Assembly: GCF_003704095.1 (NCBI RefSeq)
Contig: NW_020846475.1
Coordinates: forward strand, 310,001-374,000
From: Pocillopora damicornis
Lineage: Eukaryota
Direction of reading: 5' to 3'
Length of the DNA: 64,000 nt
Shown in pieces: positions 37,301-49,400 of the stretch; the first letter of the stretch is position 1; the number at the start of each line of letters is the position of its first letter. The notes under the pieces were generated by a model. That model saw only the letters and a program-made list of their open reading frames with translations. It was not told the origin of the DNA and made no database searches. The position numbers were made by a program, and so were the translations under genes.

Positions 37301-40300
37301 ATGCATACTGATGTTAGGGTGGAAAGGGTGAATGATAACTAAACCCAAAGTCCTTATAGGGTGATGTCAATTCATGTACCTGTATTAGTCACTGTTATAT
37401 CTTAGCTTTAATATTTTTTCATCAGAGCCAGTTTCGGTAGTTCGTGATGGTTACCATGTTGTCCGGGGCCACTTGGTAGAAGTGAAGGATGGAAAGCAAG
37501 TGCCACATAGTGCTTCAGTAGGATCAAAAAGACTTCAAGAAGATGGATTAGGAGTTTGGGGAAATGAAATGCCAGACAATTACGATTTTGAAAGGACATA
37601 CAAAGATTTTTCATACAATAATGCAAATAGTGGAATCCTGTATGCAATGAATGAAGATAAGCTGTATTCAACAGAGCCAGTGTTTGATACTTACGCAGTA
37701 CAGCCGCTATATTATGCAACTGATGGAACGGAAAATGGGCCTGTTAATGATTCATGGACATTAGCACAACAAGAAAAGTTTCGAGCTGATGCCATCGCCA
37801 AAAGTGGACCGAAGCTGGCTTTTATCAAGGACGAATCTCAAAGGGACACTCCTGAAGGGGCTTTGCCGTGTATCATGGGCAGGGACTCACCAGCAGGGAG
37901 CCTCACTAGCTTAGATAGCTTAGACGAGGTTCCTCAGGTTGCAGGGTCTGGAACAGGGAGGGAATTGGGAGCCTCTACTAGGACCAGTATAATGGCCAAA
38001 AGAAATAAAGAAGTCAAATCTGCTGGTAAGAGAAGAGTCACTTTTTCTGATAGCATTGAATTTGATGATGGTGTTACTGGTCAGCTTGTTACAGAGGAGA
38101 AGCAAAGTACCAAAGTATACACCATGTTGTATGCTAGAAATTCCAACAATTTTTACAACACGTCGGTATCAAATTCTTCATCATCAACCGGACACTCGAG
38201 CATAAACCACAAGGGACACAAGCCGTCAGGAACGCATGTAACATCTGTGTCTGAAAAGCGAACAGAACAAAATCCCATTAGTTCAGCTCCCACTTTCATC
38301 AAAACCTTCGGGAAGGATTCCTCTGGGGTAGCTACCTCTGGTAGAGACTCGTCTGTGGCAACTGTTACTCACTCTGACCACCCAAGACCTAAACCAGTGC
38401 CTGTGGAAACTCAAGCAAATACACCCGAGAAAATGCAGGTTCAAGTTTCTTCCATTCACGAAGTGAATAGTTTAAAAGACTTAGGGGAACCCAGTCATTT
38501 AGGTGATGCTGTGAGTGATTCAGAGCTAAACGACAGTCTGGAGGTTGTTAATGATAGCTTAGATGTTGAAACTGATCGAGTAGAGAATGTACCTGGACTG
38601 AAAGATGAAGAAGACAAAACATACCCAGTAAGCAGTTCAGGAAACTGGACTTCTTCTTTCTCGACATCGATGGTGAAAGATTCTTTACAAAGGTTCGTGG
38701 GAAGCACAGCGGAAATCCCCCCTGAATCCCCCCCTGAAGAATATACTGAAAAGTTTCCGTCCAACGAGAATCGTGTGGCAGAGGAGTTACCTGTTCAATC
38801 GGAGCCAGTGCATGTAACCGCGTCACCAGTTGTCACATCGGAACATCAGTATCACAGTCCATTCTACAACACAGCAGTTTCTTCTATAACAACTTATCCC
38901 TACTATCACCGTCTTAATCCACAGGTTGCCAGTGGTGTGCAATTTCCTGCCCAAGGAACATTCCATCCCAGTTTCCCTTACCCTTTTTATACCACTGCAG
39001 GCTCTACGTTAATGGCAGAACCCGAGCAGCATGGAATCGAAAATACACCTGCTCCAATAACTTCGTACAGAACTACAACAAACTTTGGTAATGTTCAACA
39101 GGCTCTCAACTCAAGTGACCATCAGAGGAGATCTGCTTCGGAACCCGTTGTTCCTTCATCAACAGTTACTCACGCAGCAAACACGGGCCATAAAGTTAGC
39201 AGTCAAACCTCTGAGACCCCGAAAAGGCCTCCTAGCACTCAGTCGGTTGTAAACAGCAACGAAGCAGATAAAATGTCATTGTCCCCCAACAAGCTCTCAT
39301 CGTCACCTTCATCCACAGCATCAACATACTCTTCGGGTGTTAAATCTACTAGATCTTTTATTCCTCGGCCTCCTTCCACGAAGAAATCTGGCAGAAGTAG
39401 ACTTCATCCAGGTGGTCTTCACAGAAAGGAAGCTTCTACTCGTCCACGGAAGGGAATCAATAACCACACTGTCGTCTCAGATAGGAGTCAAGCTGGACGG
39501 AGTTTGAAGGCAAGTGCAAATCACAGGAATAGCCCAGAAGAAAGGGCAACTGAACAGCAAAACTTGGGAACCAAAAGATCAGAGAGTAAGAATGGAAAAG
39601 AGAAGGCCCATTTCAAACAGCCAAATAACAGCGATAAACACAACGCTTCCGATCAGGACGGTATCATGGAGAGTATTAAACGTAACATGGAGATGATGAA
39701 TATCAGAACGAGGACTACAGCTGCTCAAGAACAGCACCAACGAATTCTTAATTCGCTGAGGGTGGAGTTTGGTGGTGGCAGGAAGGTGCAGCAGGAGTCT
39801 GTGCACTATGGTATGGAGGCTCATGAGGATTTGATGAATGCAGTTAAGCATCACGCCAACACACAGGATGCAACCAGTCGAAAAATTCACCATCCTCGAG
39901 TGGGATCCGCTGGATCACGAAATGGTGCAAGACCTTCAGCTGGTGCAAGCGTCAAGCTGGATCTTGTTGATGATGCTAGTCACCCAGCAGGTTTTGATGG
40001 GTATCCCAACAGAGGTAAAGCAGATATGAAGAAGACCGCGCCTTTCCAAACAGTATCCAGCGAGGCAACGAAAGGAATGGTACGGAAGTCTTCGTCTGAC
40101 TCGGTAACGAATCATCAGTTCACTAACGAAGACAGACGGTTTGAATATCATGTGTCAACAGTCGGTCAGCCAACAAGTACAATTATAACAAGCCAAGAAC
40201 GCGAAGGTCCATTGCAGGCGAGAACTAGCACACGTTATGAACGAGATGACATGAGCATGAAGAGGTCTGTATCACTGGATAAGACACCCACGGATGAAGA

Positions 40301-42898
40301 AATCAATCACCTCTGGGCCCATGTTCGGTCGTACCTCCACGGTGGGAATACTAAGTCCGTCGGCTCAGACTCGTGTGTCAACAAAGTTGACGTACGGCGT
40401 TCCCGTACTCGCTCCAGCTCGACGCGGCAAGTCCACAATCCACCAGCTGTCCCACAGCATAATCAAGGAGGCAGCAGACAGCCAAATGGTCAACACGTCG
40501 GGGTCCCTCCGCAGACTGGGGGCAGTACACTGGGAGGTCTTCGGCGCTACGGCTCTCATGAGGTTCTTAGGAGGGACAGCTCTTCTGACAGTCTATCGTT
40601 GAAGAGGTCACCGCTGTTGCAACATCGTGCTTCAAGAGGCAGACGCCCACAGATCCACGTTCATGGCCAAAATGGCCGACCACCATTGCCGAGACCGTAC
40701 GAGTATAATCCGTCGCCAAGCCAGGCGGGTCCTACAGCTTCAATCTCATGTAGAGGTATAGGTATTAAAGTTCTAAGTGGATGCTTTTGCTTCTTTCTCT
40801 CTTTCTCTCTTTCATTTGCTTGTAGTATGGCTAAAGGGAATTCGATAATCTCTCAAGCGTCAGTGGGTGCATGAGAGCCACTGCTATTCGGACTGCAGAA
40901 GGGTGAGAACTCCAGCTCCAAAACACCTTGACCTGATTTGTTTCATTGCGTGTTTCTATGTAGTTCCTGGTCCGCAACCATTATCGCCGGCTGAGATGCA
41001 AGCTGTTATGATGGCGTCTGAGAAAGAAATGTTTAACAATCATCAACAAAATGCCTTCGCCGATATTTCTCCACATCAGCAGTATCAAGCAATGATGAAC
41101 GGCTTAACAGGTCAGTTTCTGGTCCGTCTGCTTGAATGTTTCGTGATAAGATTTTTCTTTGGCTCTGACCAACTCTCGAAATGGCTCTGTACTGTAAAAA
41201 TGCTAATTGGTGTTAATAGCTGTCATGCTCTTTCAAAACTGAAGAATTGACATTTCTATGATATTCAATAGCTGTAATTTTGCGCTTTTTTCCTTCGTGT
41301 TTTATGTAGGTCCTAGTGCTCTTTCATTGGAGGAACAAAGGTTGTTGCAGTCTTTGGATCGATTAAATGAAAGGCTTAAAGGTATCAGAACTATTCACTT
41401 CGTGCCTTTATGTACTTCTGTGTGCTACAAGTCGTTTCGCTTTGATTAGAAATAAAGGGGGTAAGTTTCTAGAGAAACTGTGGGGCTGCGTCGGTGGGAG
41501 AGCACCACAGAGTAATTTAGTATTATCAACTGAGTTGATAACGTGAATTGGCCACCGTAAAGAGTTTCAAAGCTGACGTTTCGAGCTTTAGCCCGTCGTC
41601 AGGGTGAAAGGCTAACGTCATACGTTCTGACGAAGGGCTAACGCTCGAAACGTCCGCTTTGAAACTCTTTACGGTGGCCAATTGACGTTATCAACTCAGT
41701 CGATAATACTAAATTGCCTACCTTTTACTAGAAAGTTTGGTTGATGACATCTCTGCGTTCTAGTCAAGGTTTCACATAGCGCCTGTTTCCTCTGTTAGAC
41801 TGTCCCAGCAACTCTACCAGTGATGTTAACACTACTAAAGACCTCTTCCTTGACCGTAAAGGAGGCATATCATGATATTTCGCGTTGTTTATCCCTAAAA
41901 AAAAACTATGCTCATCTTGCATGAAGTAGTCCAGAACATATCAACGTGTAAACAACAAAAACAACAAAATATAAATGGTTAGATATAATTTATGAAGTAT
42001 AAGAATGGTAGGTGGTCGTAAAATACAAAAAAATACTACAGAGGAGAAGGAAAAAACGTAGAAGGAATAGTGTTAAATTGAGATCAGGAAGATTTAAACG
42101 GGTGCAAATCAATAACTTGAAAAATTGAAATAAAATGTCACAATATCAGGGCTGTGATTTAGCGTTCTCATCTTACTCCCTAAAATGTTGTGATTCAAAT
42201 TTGACCTTTAATTTATTTGATTTATGTAAAGCTCAAGAAGAAGTCACAAAAGTCATTACTCAGAAACCCAGGATGAACGACAGTGGTTTTCGAAGGCCAC
42301 AACAGGTATCTCATTAACTGGTCATGAAAAAAAAAAGTGCTGGCTCTTTTCGGCCTAAATCGTGGGGCTTTCTTTATCGCGCAGTTTCAAGAAGAGCTAT
42401 GTCCTTTACTGAGAAATAGAGTTGGTCATGAGCACCAATAGAATTGGAATGAAGACTTCGAGTAGAATTTTGATTATACATGAAAACGGGCGTTAGTTAC
42501 TGTTACATAAGTCAGCTCCTCAGTGAGTTGCATTTGGTTCAGTTCATAAATCATCTGACTGCGAAATCGGATCTAGTGATTGTCTAGTTATTGAAGACTC
42601 AGATTTCTTTGGTCTGATGCTCTTGTAGTTTCGATTTCTGCTTTTTTCTCGAGTTCGCTCTGTGATCCTTCCTTGGATGTGAGCATGTCACTAACGTTTT
42701 ACCAGATTGTTGCACATCACTAGTCAGCTGGACTTCATGAATATTTCCTTCCATAGACTGTCATTGTGAAAAGCATTTCTATTCTACCTTTATTTATCAT
42801 CGTCAATCAATTTTTTTCAGAGTGCTCCTGGTTCGGGGATAAGAGGAACAGGGACTAAACAGAATTCTTCAGCCAGAAACTTCCTACATACGAGATGA
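34394..42898 (+). CDS. CEP126: Centrosomal protein 126 (KIAA1377)-like
   Basis: Exons 34394-34413 (MLKGAYS), 36225-36347 (DKFKS..RAKELSKETNRRRK), 36800-36970 (ALEDRKKE..EEQLRDKVLSKRKQDQQEATQRFQK), 37426-40755 (3.3-kb low-complexity exon containing LDKTPTDEEINHLW), 40963-41110, 41310-41381 (SALSLEEQRLLQSLDRLNERLK), ~42232-42305 and 42821-42898. The N-terminal coiled coil and C-terminal SLEEQ..L.SL..L.ERL motif match CEP126 as recalled. Confidence 0.8.
34414..36224 (+). other. U12-type (minor spliceosome) GT-AG intron
   Basis: 5' site GTATCCTTT; branch-like TTCTTTGAC (36206-36214) about 10 nt before the AG; no polypyrimidine tract; the phase-2 join keeps the frame (TC|T = Ser). Confidence 0.8.
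41514..41715. mobile_element. Foldback element with 89-bp arms, each carrying a minimal hammerhead-like motif
   Basis: Arms 41514-41602 and 41627-41715 are near-perfect inverted repeats. Each reads CTGACGA-nGGGCTAAnGCTC-GAAACGTC outward. A degenerate single arm lies at about 4350-4445. Confidence 0.8.
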
Positions 42899-43975
42899 TA
42901 TACAGAGAAACCTAGTTAGTCTCGTGAATCACGGCCCATTTGATAAGTCACGAAGGAAGATAACACTCCAATACGGAGGGGGCCACAGATCGCACGAAAT
43001 GAAACAGGGTGGAAGAACCTTTATTAAATAANNNNNNNNNNCCTCCTCTCTCCCCTCTTCCACGTCAGCCCTAGTTACCTTACATTCTCTCAGGACCCCC
43101 TTCATAGTGGTGGGCATGATTTGTTATTCCTTTAAGTGAATGCAAAGAAGCATAAGACTGACTGGCTAGAAAGGCTAAGTTACATGCATATAAAAGAAGG
43201 GTAATTCGTCCCGCCATTTATGATAGAAGTCTGTACACATAAAGGATGTAAGAAAAAAAACGCTACCTTTGTTCATTCAGTGCTGTTAGCAACAGATCCT
43301 TTTTCATTCGTCCTCCTTGGTTTTCAAAGGAGATGTGGTGTAATCAGTCAAGAAGTATTTCTTTTCTCATCATGAGCGCTTTATACCAGAGATGGCTTTT
43401 TCGTATTATTTCACGCATTGTACAAATTGTATAGCGACTAAAAACTCCAAAGTGAGTTATTTATTATTGTACAGCGAAATGTTACTAAGTGACAAGTAAC
43501 CGTTGTGGACTAGATTGTAGGAAGGGTGGTGTGGTGTGTGTAGAAGAGCTTGCTGTAGAAATATAAATCTAGAATAAAACGGGTGATTATTACAAATATC
43601 TTTCTAATGGTACACTGTTGAAGTTTGTTGACTATCGAGAAATTGTTCCGTGAACGTAAAACGTGAACAATAAGAGCCTTGTTTCGGATGATGTTTTCCA
43701 AACGTTTGGGCTTCAGTTTTGAAGACTGAGGTACAAGTTAAAAAACGCGACGGATTAACAGAATTGTAAAGTTGACTGAGCAGATGAGGGACTGGTGCGG
43801 AGCTTAAAGATTAAACGCTTCACTCGCATAAAATCATCATGATGATTAAAAGCTTAAAGAGTAAGGAATTCCCATAAGGGAATAGCTAATTTTAAATTCA
43901 AGTTTGCCCAAATCAAGATAACTGCAGCCGTTCATGACATTTGTTTGCCTCTTCGTGTTAAAAAGTTCTGCAAAG

Positions 43976-45025
43976 ATGCACATGGAGGAAGCAGCGAACC
44001 TTCTCTCCGCTCTTCAGGAAACGTTAACCGACATTGACACAGTCGTAACAAACGTGAACGAACACTGCAGCCGAACCATTCTTAATATTGAAACTGCGGC
44101 GCAAAGACTCTTGCAAGCCATTGCAGATCACCGACACAAGTTGGTGTCGAAGGTTTGCGAAATCACTGAAGCAAAATTACACGCGTTGCAAGCCGAAAAG
44201 GATATCGTACAGGAGAATTTCAGAGCTCTAGAGCATGTGCTCCGCTGCGCCCAGAATACTGGAACAGTCGAGGATTCGACTGAATGGGACAACGCTTTGT
44301 CAAGGCATCTTCATGATCTAAAAGAATTGGTGTTTGATTTCCAGGATTACGACGAAGAAATGGAATTCCATTTTTTGTACCGTGATGAAAATATCTTGGC
44401 GGCAATTTGCAACTTCGGAGATGTTTTCACACTTGCAAATGACGAAGACTCTAAAATAGCAAGTCGTGATGCAAAGGCTGCTAGACTGGGTAAAAACATA
44501 ACCAGTCTGACAGAGGAGGAGGAAAAATTGGACGGCAAAACTGAATTCCAACACACTACCGACAGAGTCGCTTTACTACAAGAATTCCAAGAGAACTTCA
44601 AAAGCCCAGACCACACGACAGAAACCCAAGAGGCCGATTTAAAAAGAACAGTGCTAACCAAAGTTTTCGAAGAAACAGTGGATGTTGTTCAATTGATCGA
44701 GATAAAGGGCGAAAGCCAGGAGCTACGCTGCGAAGACGACTTAGCATCAACTTTGGAACTGGTTGACGGAGGGATTAGTGATTCGAGTGCGAGAGACATC
44801 ACCTGCAACGAAATTGAACAAACTACAGTTCTTAGGCAAAACTGGTCGGATGTTTTCACTCCTTTCGAACAACTTGTCTCCACTAATGAAGAGGTCGAGG
44901 TCTCGGCTTTTACTGTGGAGGAGACATCGAGCGCCGAACTCGAAAAGAAAGATGTAAACAATAATAACAAAATCGTCGTCGATAGGAGTGTTGTGACATT
45001 ACAGGAAGACAGTTTTTCAGCATAG
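43976..45025 (+). CDS. Coiled-coil (TRIM BBC / ARA70-like) protein with an acidic tail
   Basis: Single-exon ORF of about 349 aa. The N-terminal ~155 aa are heptad-rich and end 'MEFHFLYRDENILAAICNFGDV', similar to the ends of TRIM coiled-coil and NCOA4 ARA70 domains. No RING or B-box is present. AATAAA at about 45214. Confidence 0.65.
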   Translation: MHMEEAANLLSALQETLTDIDTVVTNVNEHCSRTILNIETAAQRLLQAIADHRHKLVSKVCEITEAKLHALQAEKDIVQENFRALEHVLRCAQNTGTVEDSTEWDNALSRHLHDLKELVFDFQDYDEEMEFHFLYRDENILAAICNFGDVFTLANDEDSKIASRDAKAARLGKNITSLTEEEEKLDGKTEFQHTTDRVALLQEFQENFKSPDHTTETQEADLKRTVLTKVFEETVDVVQLIEIKGESQELRCEDDLASTLELVDGGISDSSARDITCNEIEQTTVLRQNWSDVFTPFEQLVSTNEEVEVSAFTVEETSSAELEKKDVNNNNKIVVDRSVVTLQEDSFSA

Positions 45026-45107
45026 ATCGTGTTTGTGAGAAACGAAATGAGAATTGGAAGCCGAGTAAACGAGATACTTGCTTGTGGGGATGAATACTAA
45101 TGAAGAT

Positions 45108-45166
45108 TGTTATTCTAGTGTGTTATGTTTTGTTATTCTAGTGTGTTATGTTTTGTTATTCTAGTG
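45108..45166. repeat. 23-bp tandem repeat, about 2.6 copies
   Basis: ttgttattctagtgtgttatgtt repeated in the 3' UTR. Confidence 0.85.
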
Positions 45167-46418
45167 ATGCAATAATGATTTGATGACTTCAGTTAATCTC
45201 TGAAAAACAAACGAATAAACTACAAAGGAGTGCCGAGGTAGCTTTTTCTTTCACTGTTTCCAGGTCGAATAGCAAGTTGGAATGTTGGTTTCTATTCAAA
45301 CAAGGAAGCAAGTATTTCTAAGTAGTTGAAGTTATCCCCAAACGTTAAGCATATTCTTTCTCTGTCTATCTTACGCTATGACCGTTCTTCGAAGCTTAAA
45401 ACCGTTCTTTAACGTTAAAAAAAACCCGCAATAAGTTTAACGCCCATAACGACAGCTACTTCAAGCACCTTTAAAGCATTTTTATTCTATAAATTACCAG
45501 TCACATTAAAACATACCTTGTCCTACAGATTCTTGGATGTAATGGAAGTGCGGAAATGCGATCAGTTACAACACATTGGGCAAGCAGGTCGCTATAAGGC
45601 GGTTTCAAAACACCTCTGCGTTGATTGTCTCTCGCGAATACCGAAGATCACAAAACAAGAATATTTTCCTATTCCTTCTACCATTTTTTTGTCAGCTAAC
45701 TCTTCCGGAGGGCTGTTTGAAAACGAAGGTTCTCAAGATATGCAAACTCCAGAAATAATAATAATAAAAATTATTTTCTGGCCAAGAACTTTCATTAACC
45801 CTACTTGATTGCAAAAAAATAAATAATAAATAACTTTGGAATCGGTATCTAAAGATTACTTGTAAGGAACTACTGGAAACAATGAAGAGTCCTCTCCCAT
45901 GTTTGGTTCGACTTCAAAACCAATATTATTAGCGCAAAAAGCCTTAATGTGTATGTTGCAGAGTAAGTATCTCTTTTCATTCTGAGCTGCCATTCTGAAA
46001 CCGGCCAGCCACGGCGGGGTCTTGGGAAGAAGTGACGAGAAGGTCGTTCTCCTTAATCCCGCTTATTCTTTATCGTCGCTAGCCCCAGTTTTCGCTCGTC
46101 CCTACATATCTTATGCCAAGATGCTCCGTTTTCTTAAAAAGAAGGGACCCTTCCGACCAAAATTTGAAATTTATCACCAAGAAAAATAACCCTCGCAGTA
46201 AGAAGGACAGAGTCCGAACAGTATGCACGGTAAATTTTCCGAGTCAAACCAACCCATATCATCTGAATAATAACTGTTTGAAATTGATCGCAGATGAAGA
46301 CCCCTAAACGACTGGTGGTATAAAATCTGCATGTACCTTTGCACCTTGCCCAATAAGTTGTAACTAATCACATTTTCGCACTTTGCACAGAATAAAGAGT
46401 GGCTCTATAGTTAGGAAC

Positions 46419-49400
46419 TTAAGTTCCTGTTCTCTCTCGTACCACAGCCTGAAGTGCCCAGCGATCTCGGAAGAGCCTGTAGAGAATCAGGTAATTAAAC
46501 GTCAGGAGCCCAGTGACCGAGAGAAGCTGGTGCCAAGAGTGGGACCTTGTTATCATAAACAGCTGATATAAGACAAGTAACAACAGAACTGCTGCCATCC
46601 AGTTGACGAGTCGCAAGGGAGATTCGAACATGAACTACAAAACAAAGTTATTGCGCGTCAGTATCGATAGCAAATAAGCTCGCTAATAAATTTTCACCAG
46701 AAGCCATACAGTTATTATTTCCGTCAGCAAAAAGTACACATGAAATACCCAGTAAACAGGCTTCGGTTGAAAGGGTTGGGAAGGACCTGACGTCGACTGA
46801 GGGGGTAGGGGTGGGGGTGGGAAATGGTGAGCCCCCCCCCCCCCAGCTCTTTTCTTCCCGCGTGGGTGGGGAAGTGGTGGGTGATGCAATGTCTTCGGTT
46901 ACCCTTTTTTCGGCAACAAGTTGTTTTAAGGGGGTGGATCAGGGAATTCAAGCTACTGAGAAACTGCTTTTGGATCCATTCCGTAAACAAAGAGCAATAA
47001 TGTAAACGTATCAACCAGCACCGCTAAATGACGCTGATCTACAGTTCTACGGATGGGAACAGTCTTAACATAGCATTGCCCATTTCAAAAGAAAATCCAA
47101 AGGCAGAATGAAATAAAGCCAGGCAAGCAAGCCAGCAACTTGCTGAATAATTCTTAGTGTTTAAATACTTACGAAAAATCTTCCATGATGCGCGTCCCCT
47201 GGGATTGCAACATTGTGAATACCGAGCGCTCTGTATAGAAGTTTACCATGCCGCACCAGGACCCCCTGAGGCCATACCGTTAATGCTGACCATCTAGTGG
47301 TAGTGACAAAAGATACCGATTATCATGTCAGCGATTAATATGTTAACTAATAAAGTCGTGGACTAACGGAAAGAAGTACATAAAGCTTAAAATTAGCTTC
47401 TTGCTGATTTTTTTATTTACTCTTTCTGATTTGAACTAACCGAAAGTCCGTCAGGTTACAAACCACACTTTTAAAAGAGCTCCTGCGGAGGTCATCGGAT
47501 TAAAATGACCAACACATCTCAATATAAATATACAACTTACACATGTGGAGTGTCGCGGTGACCGCAGGGATATCTCTCCCATCCGCCAAGATGCAGTGCA
47601 CACTTATGTAAAGCGTCACAATAATTCAGCGGTAACATGTACATCATTAACATTAGCAAACAGCTCAGCCAAACGAAAAGCGTGTGCTGACAAGCCCACC
47701 ACATGTCGTAATACACATAATGTTGCTGTGAAAAGATCAAGAACTTACATAAATATATCAAGAAAGATGGCAAAATTTAGAAGGCAGTCGTCAAATGGAT
47801 AGTTTTTTTTCCTTTTTCTTGAACGTAAAGAAAACAATCTGAGTCCCCGTAGGAGCAATCAAGCCGCAGACCTCCGGATTTCCCGGTTCCATCCTCCAGT
47901 ACTGAGATGCACAGACCTCGCAGATAAGCAGGCCAAATTCAAGGTATACATGTGATAAACGTTCTGCATACTACTAAAATGACGCCGTTGTCAATTCCAA
48001 AGCATATTTCAAACTTCAACAAGTACCTACTCTTTCGGACAAATGAAGGATTTGCAAAGGACAGATATCATATACCGGTAGCCAGTTTTTCTAAGGGCCG
48101 ATAACTCGATCCAACAGATAAATTACTAACGGAATAAGTGTAAACAAAACGTACCACGCTATCCACCGGACAGAGATTTATCCATTGGATAGCGATATTA
48201 ACCTTTCAAACAACCTTGAAGAGGTTTGCAGAATAATTAGATAAAACACATAACAATATTCAACTCGTCACTGACCATCACGGAGTCAAGTTATAATCCT
48301 CACCTCTGAGAACTTCATCGGAATAAACCCAACATAGTAAGCGCATACGAGTGACTGAAATAGAACCTGTTTGATCCGAAGATTAAAATCGGTTCTCAGG
48401 CATTCTGTTTCGTATCGCACTGCATCCGGTGGCAGTGAACATGGTTGAGGAGCTGGTAGTTCCTGTTTAGAATTTCCGTTCACCATTACACCTTTAGCGT
48501 CCAGTAGGCTGCTCTGTAGTAGCTGTAGCTGTGATAATGGGCCTAGCTCTTGGTGTGGACTCAGTTTAAGCATTACTTTATTTCCCTGGGGATCCAGGGT
48601 GAAGCCAAACGTAATTATATACATCACTGACCTGGAGAACAAGAAAATCTCTATCATTAAACACTTAATGACTTTTCCGGATAAAATAGTTTGGTTCATC
48701 CGATGAAAATAATTGATGGAAAGTTATGTTTGCATAAAGGAAACAGCTCTAACACAAAAACAAAAAACGCACAGAAAGCTTCCACATTGTGCACAATTTC
48801 AATCTTCATTACCAAGAAGACAATAGTCATTTCATACAAAAACAACCCTTAATCAGAGAGATATTCAAGGAAGTTCTCTTAATCACTTATAGAAAGGAAA
48901 ATTACTCAAAGATATGCTCATCACTAAATAAATTTCATCCAAAATAAAGACATGAACATGATATAGTTATGATACTCACGGGTAGCAGAGAAAAAGGCAA
49001 TTTTGTATACTGTTTTGCTGAATAATTCTCCATGACAACCATACAAAGCTTGACACAAGTGATAGAAGAGCCACGCCCTTCAGGAAGAGGTTAACAAAAC
49101 ACTTGACAGTGCATAGTACTTCCGAGGCTAGTGTCTGTAAAAGTACAAAATAAATAAACAAAAATCAGGGATATAGAATGGATTTTCCAATGGGGGTTCC
49201 AAGACTAAAGTTTTATGGGTATTAAAACACACACTGATTTGAAGGAAGGGGTTCACATCAATCCAATGATGCTCGTCACTCCTAGGGGGTCAAGGTATTT
49301 ACCACTAAGAGTGACTAGCATCTAATCCCTCCTAACAGTACCATCACAGAACCAAACATTAAAGTCACAAGAATATGAATATAAATATGGACACAACCCC

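Noticed and set aside
37473-40874. Standalone 1133-aa gene
   Set aside because: It has an acceptor at 37425 and a donor at about 40756, and flanking exons carry the CEP126 motifs, so it is an internal exon.
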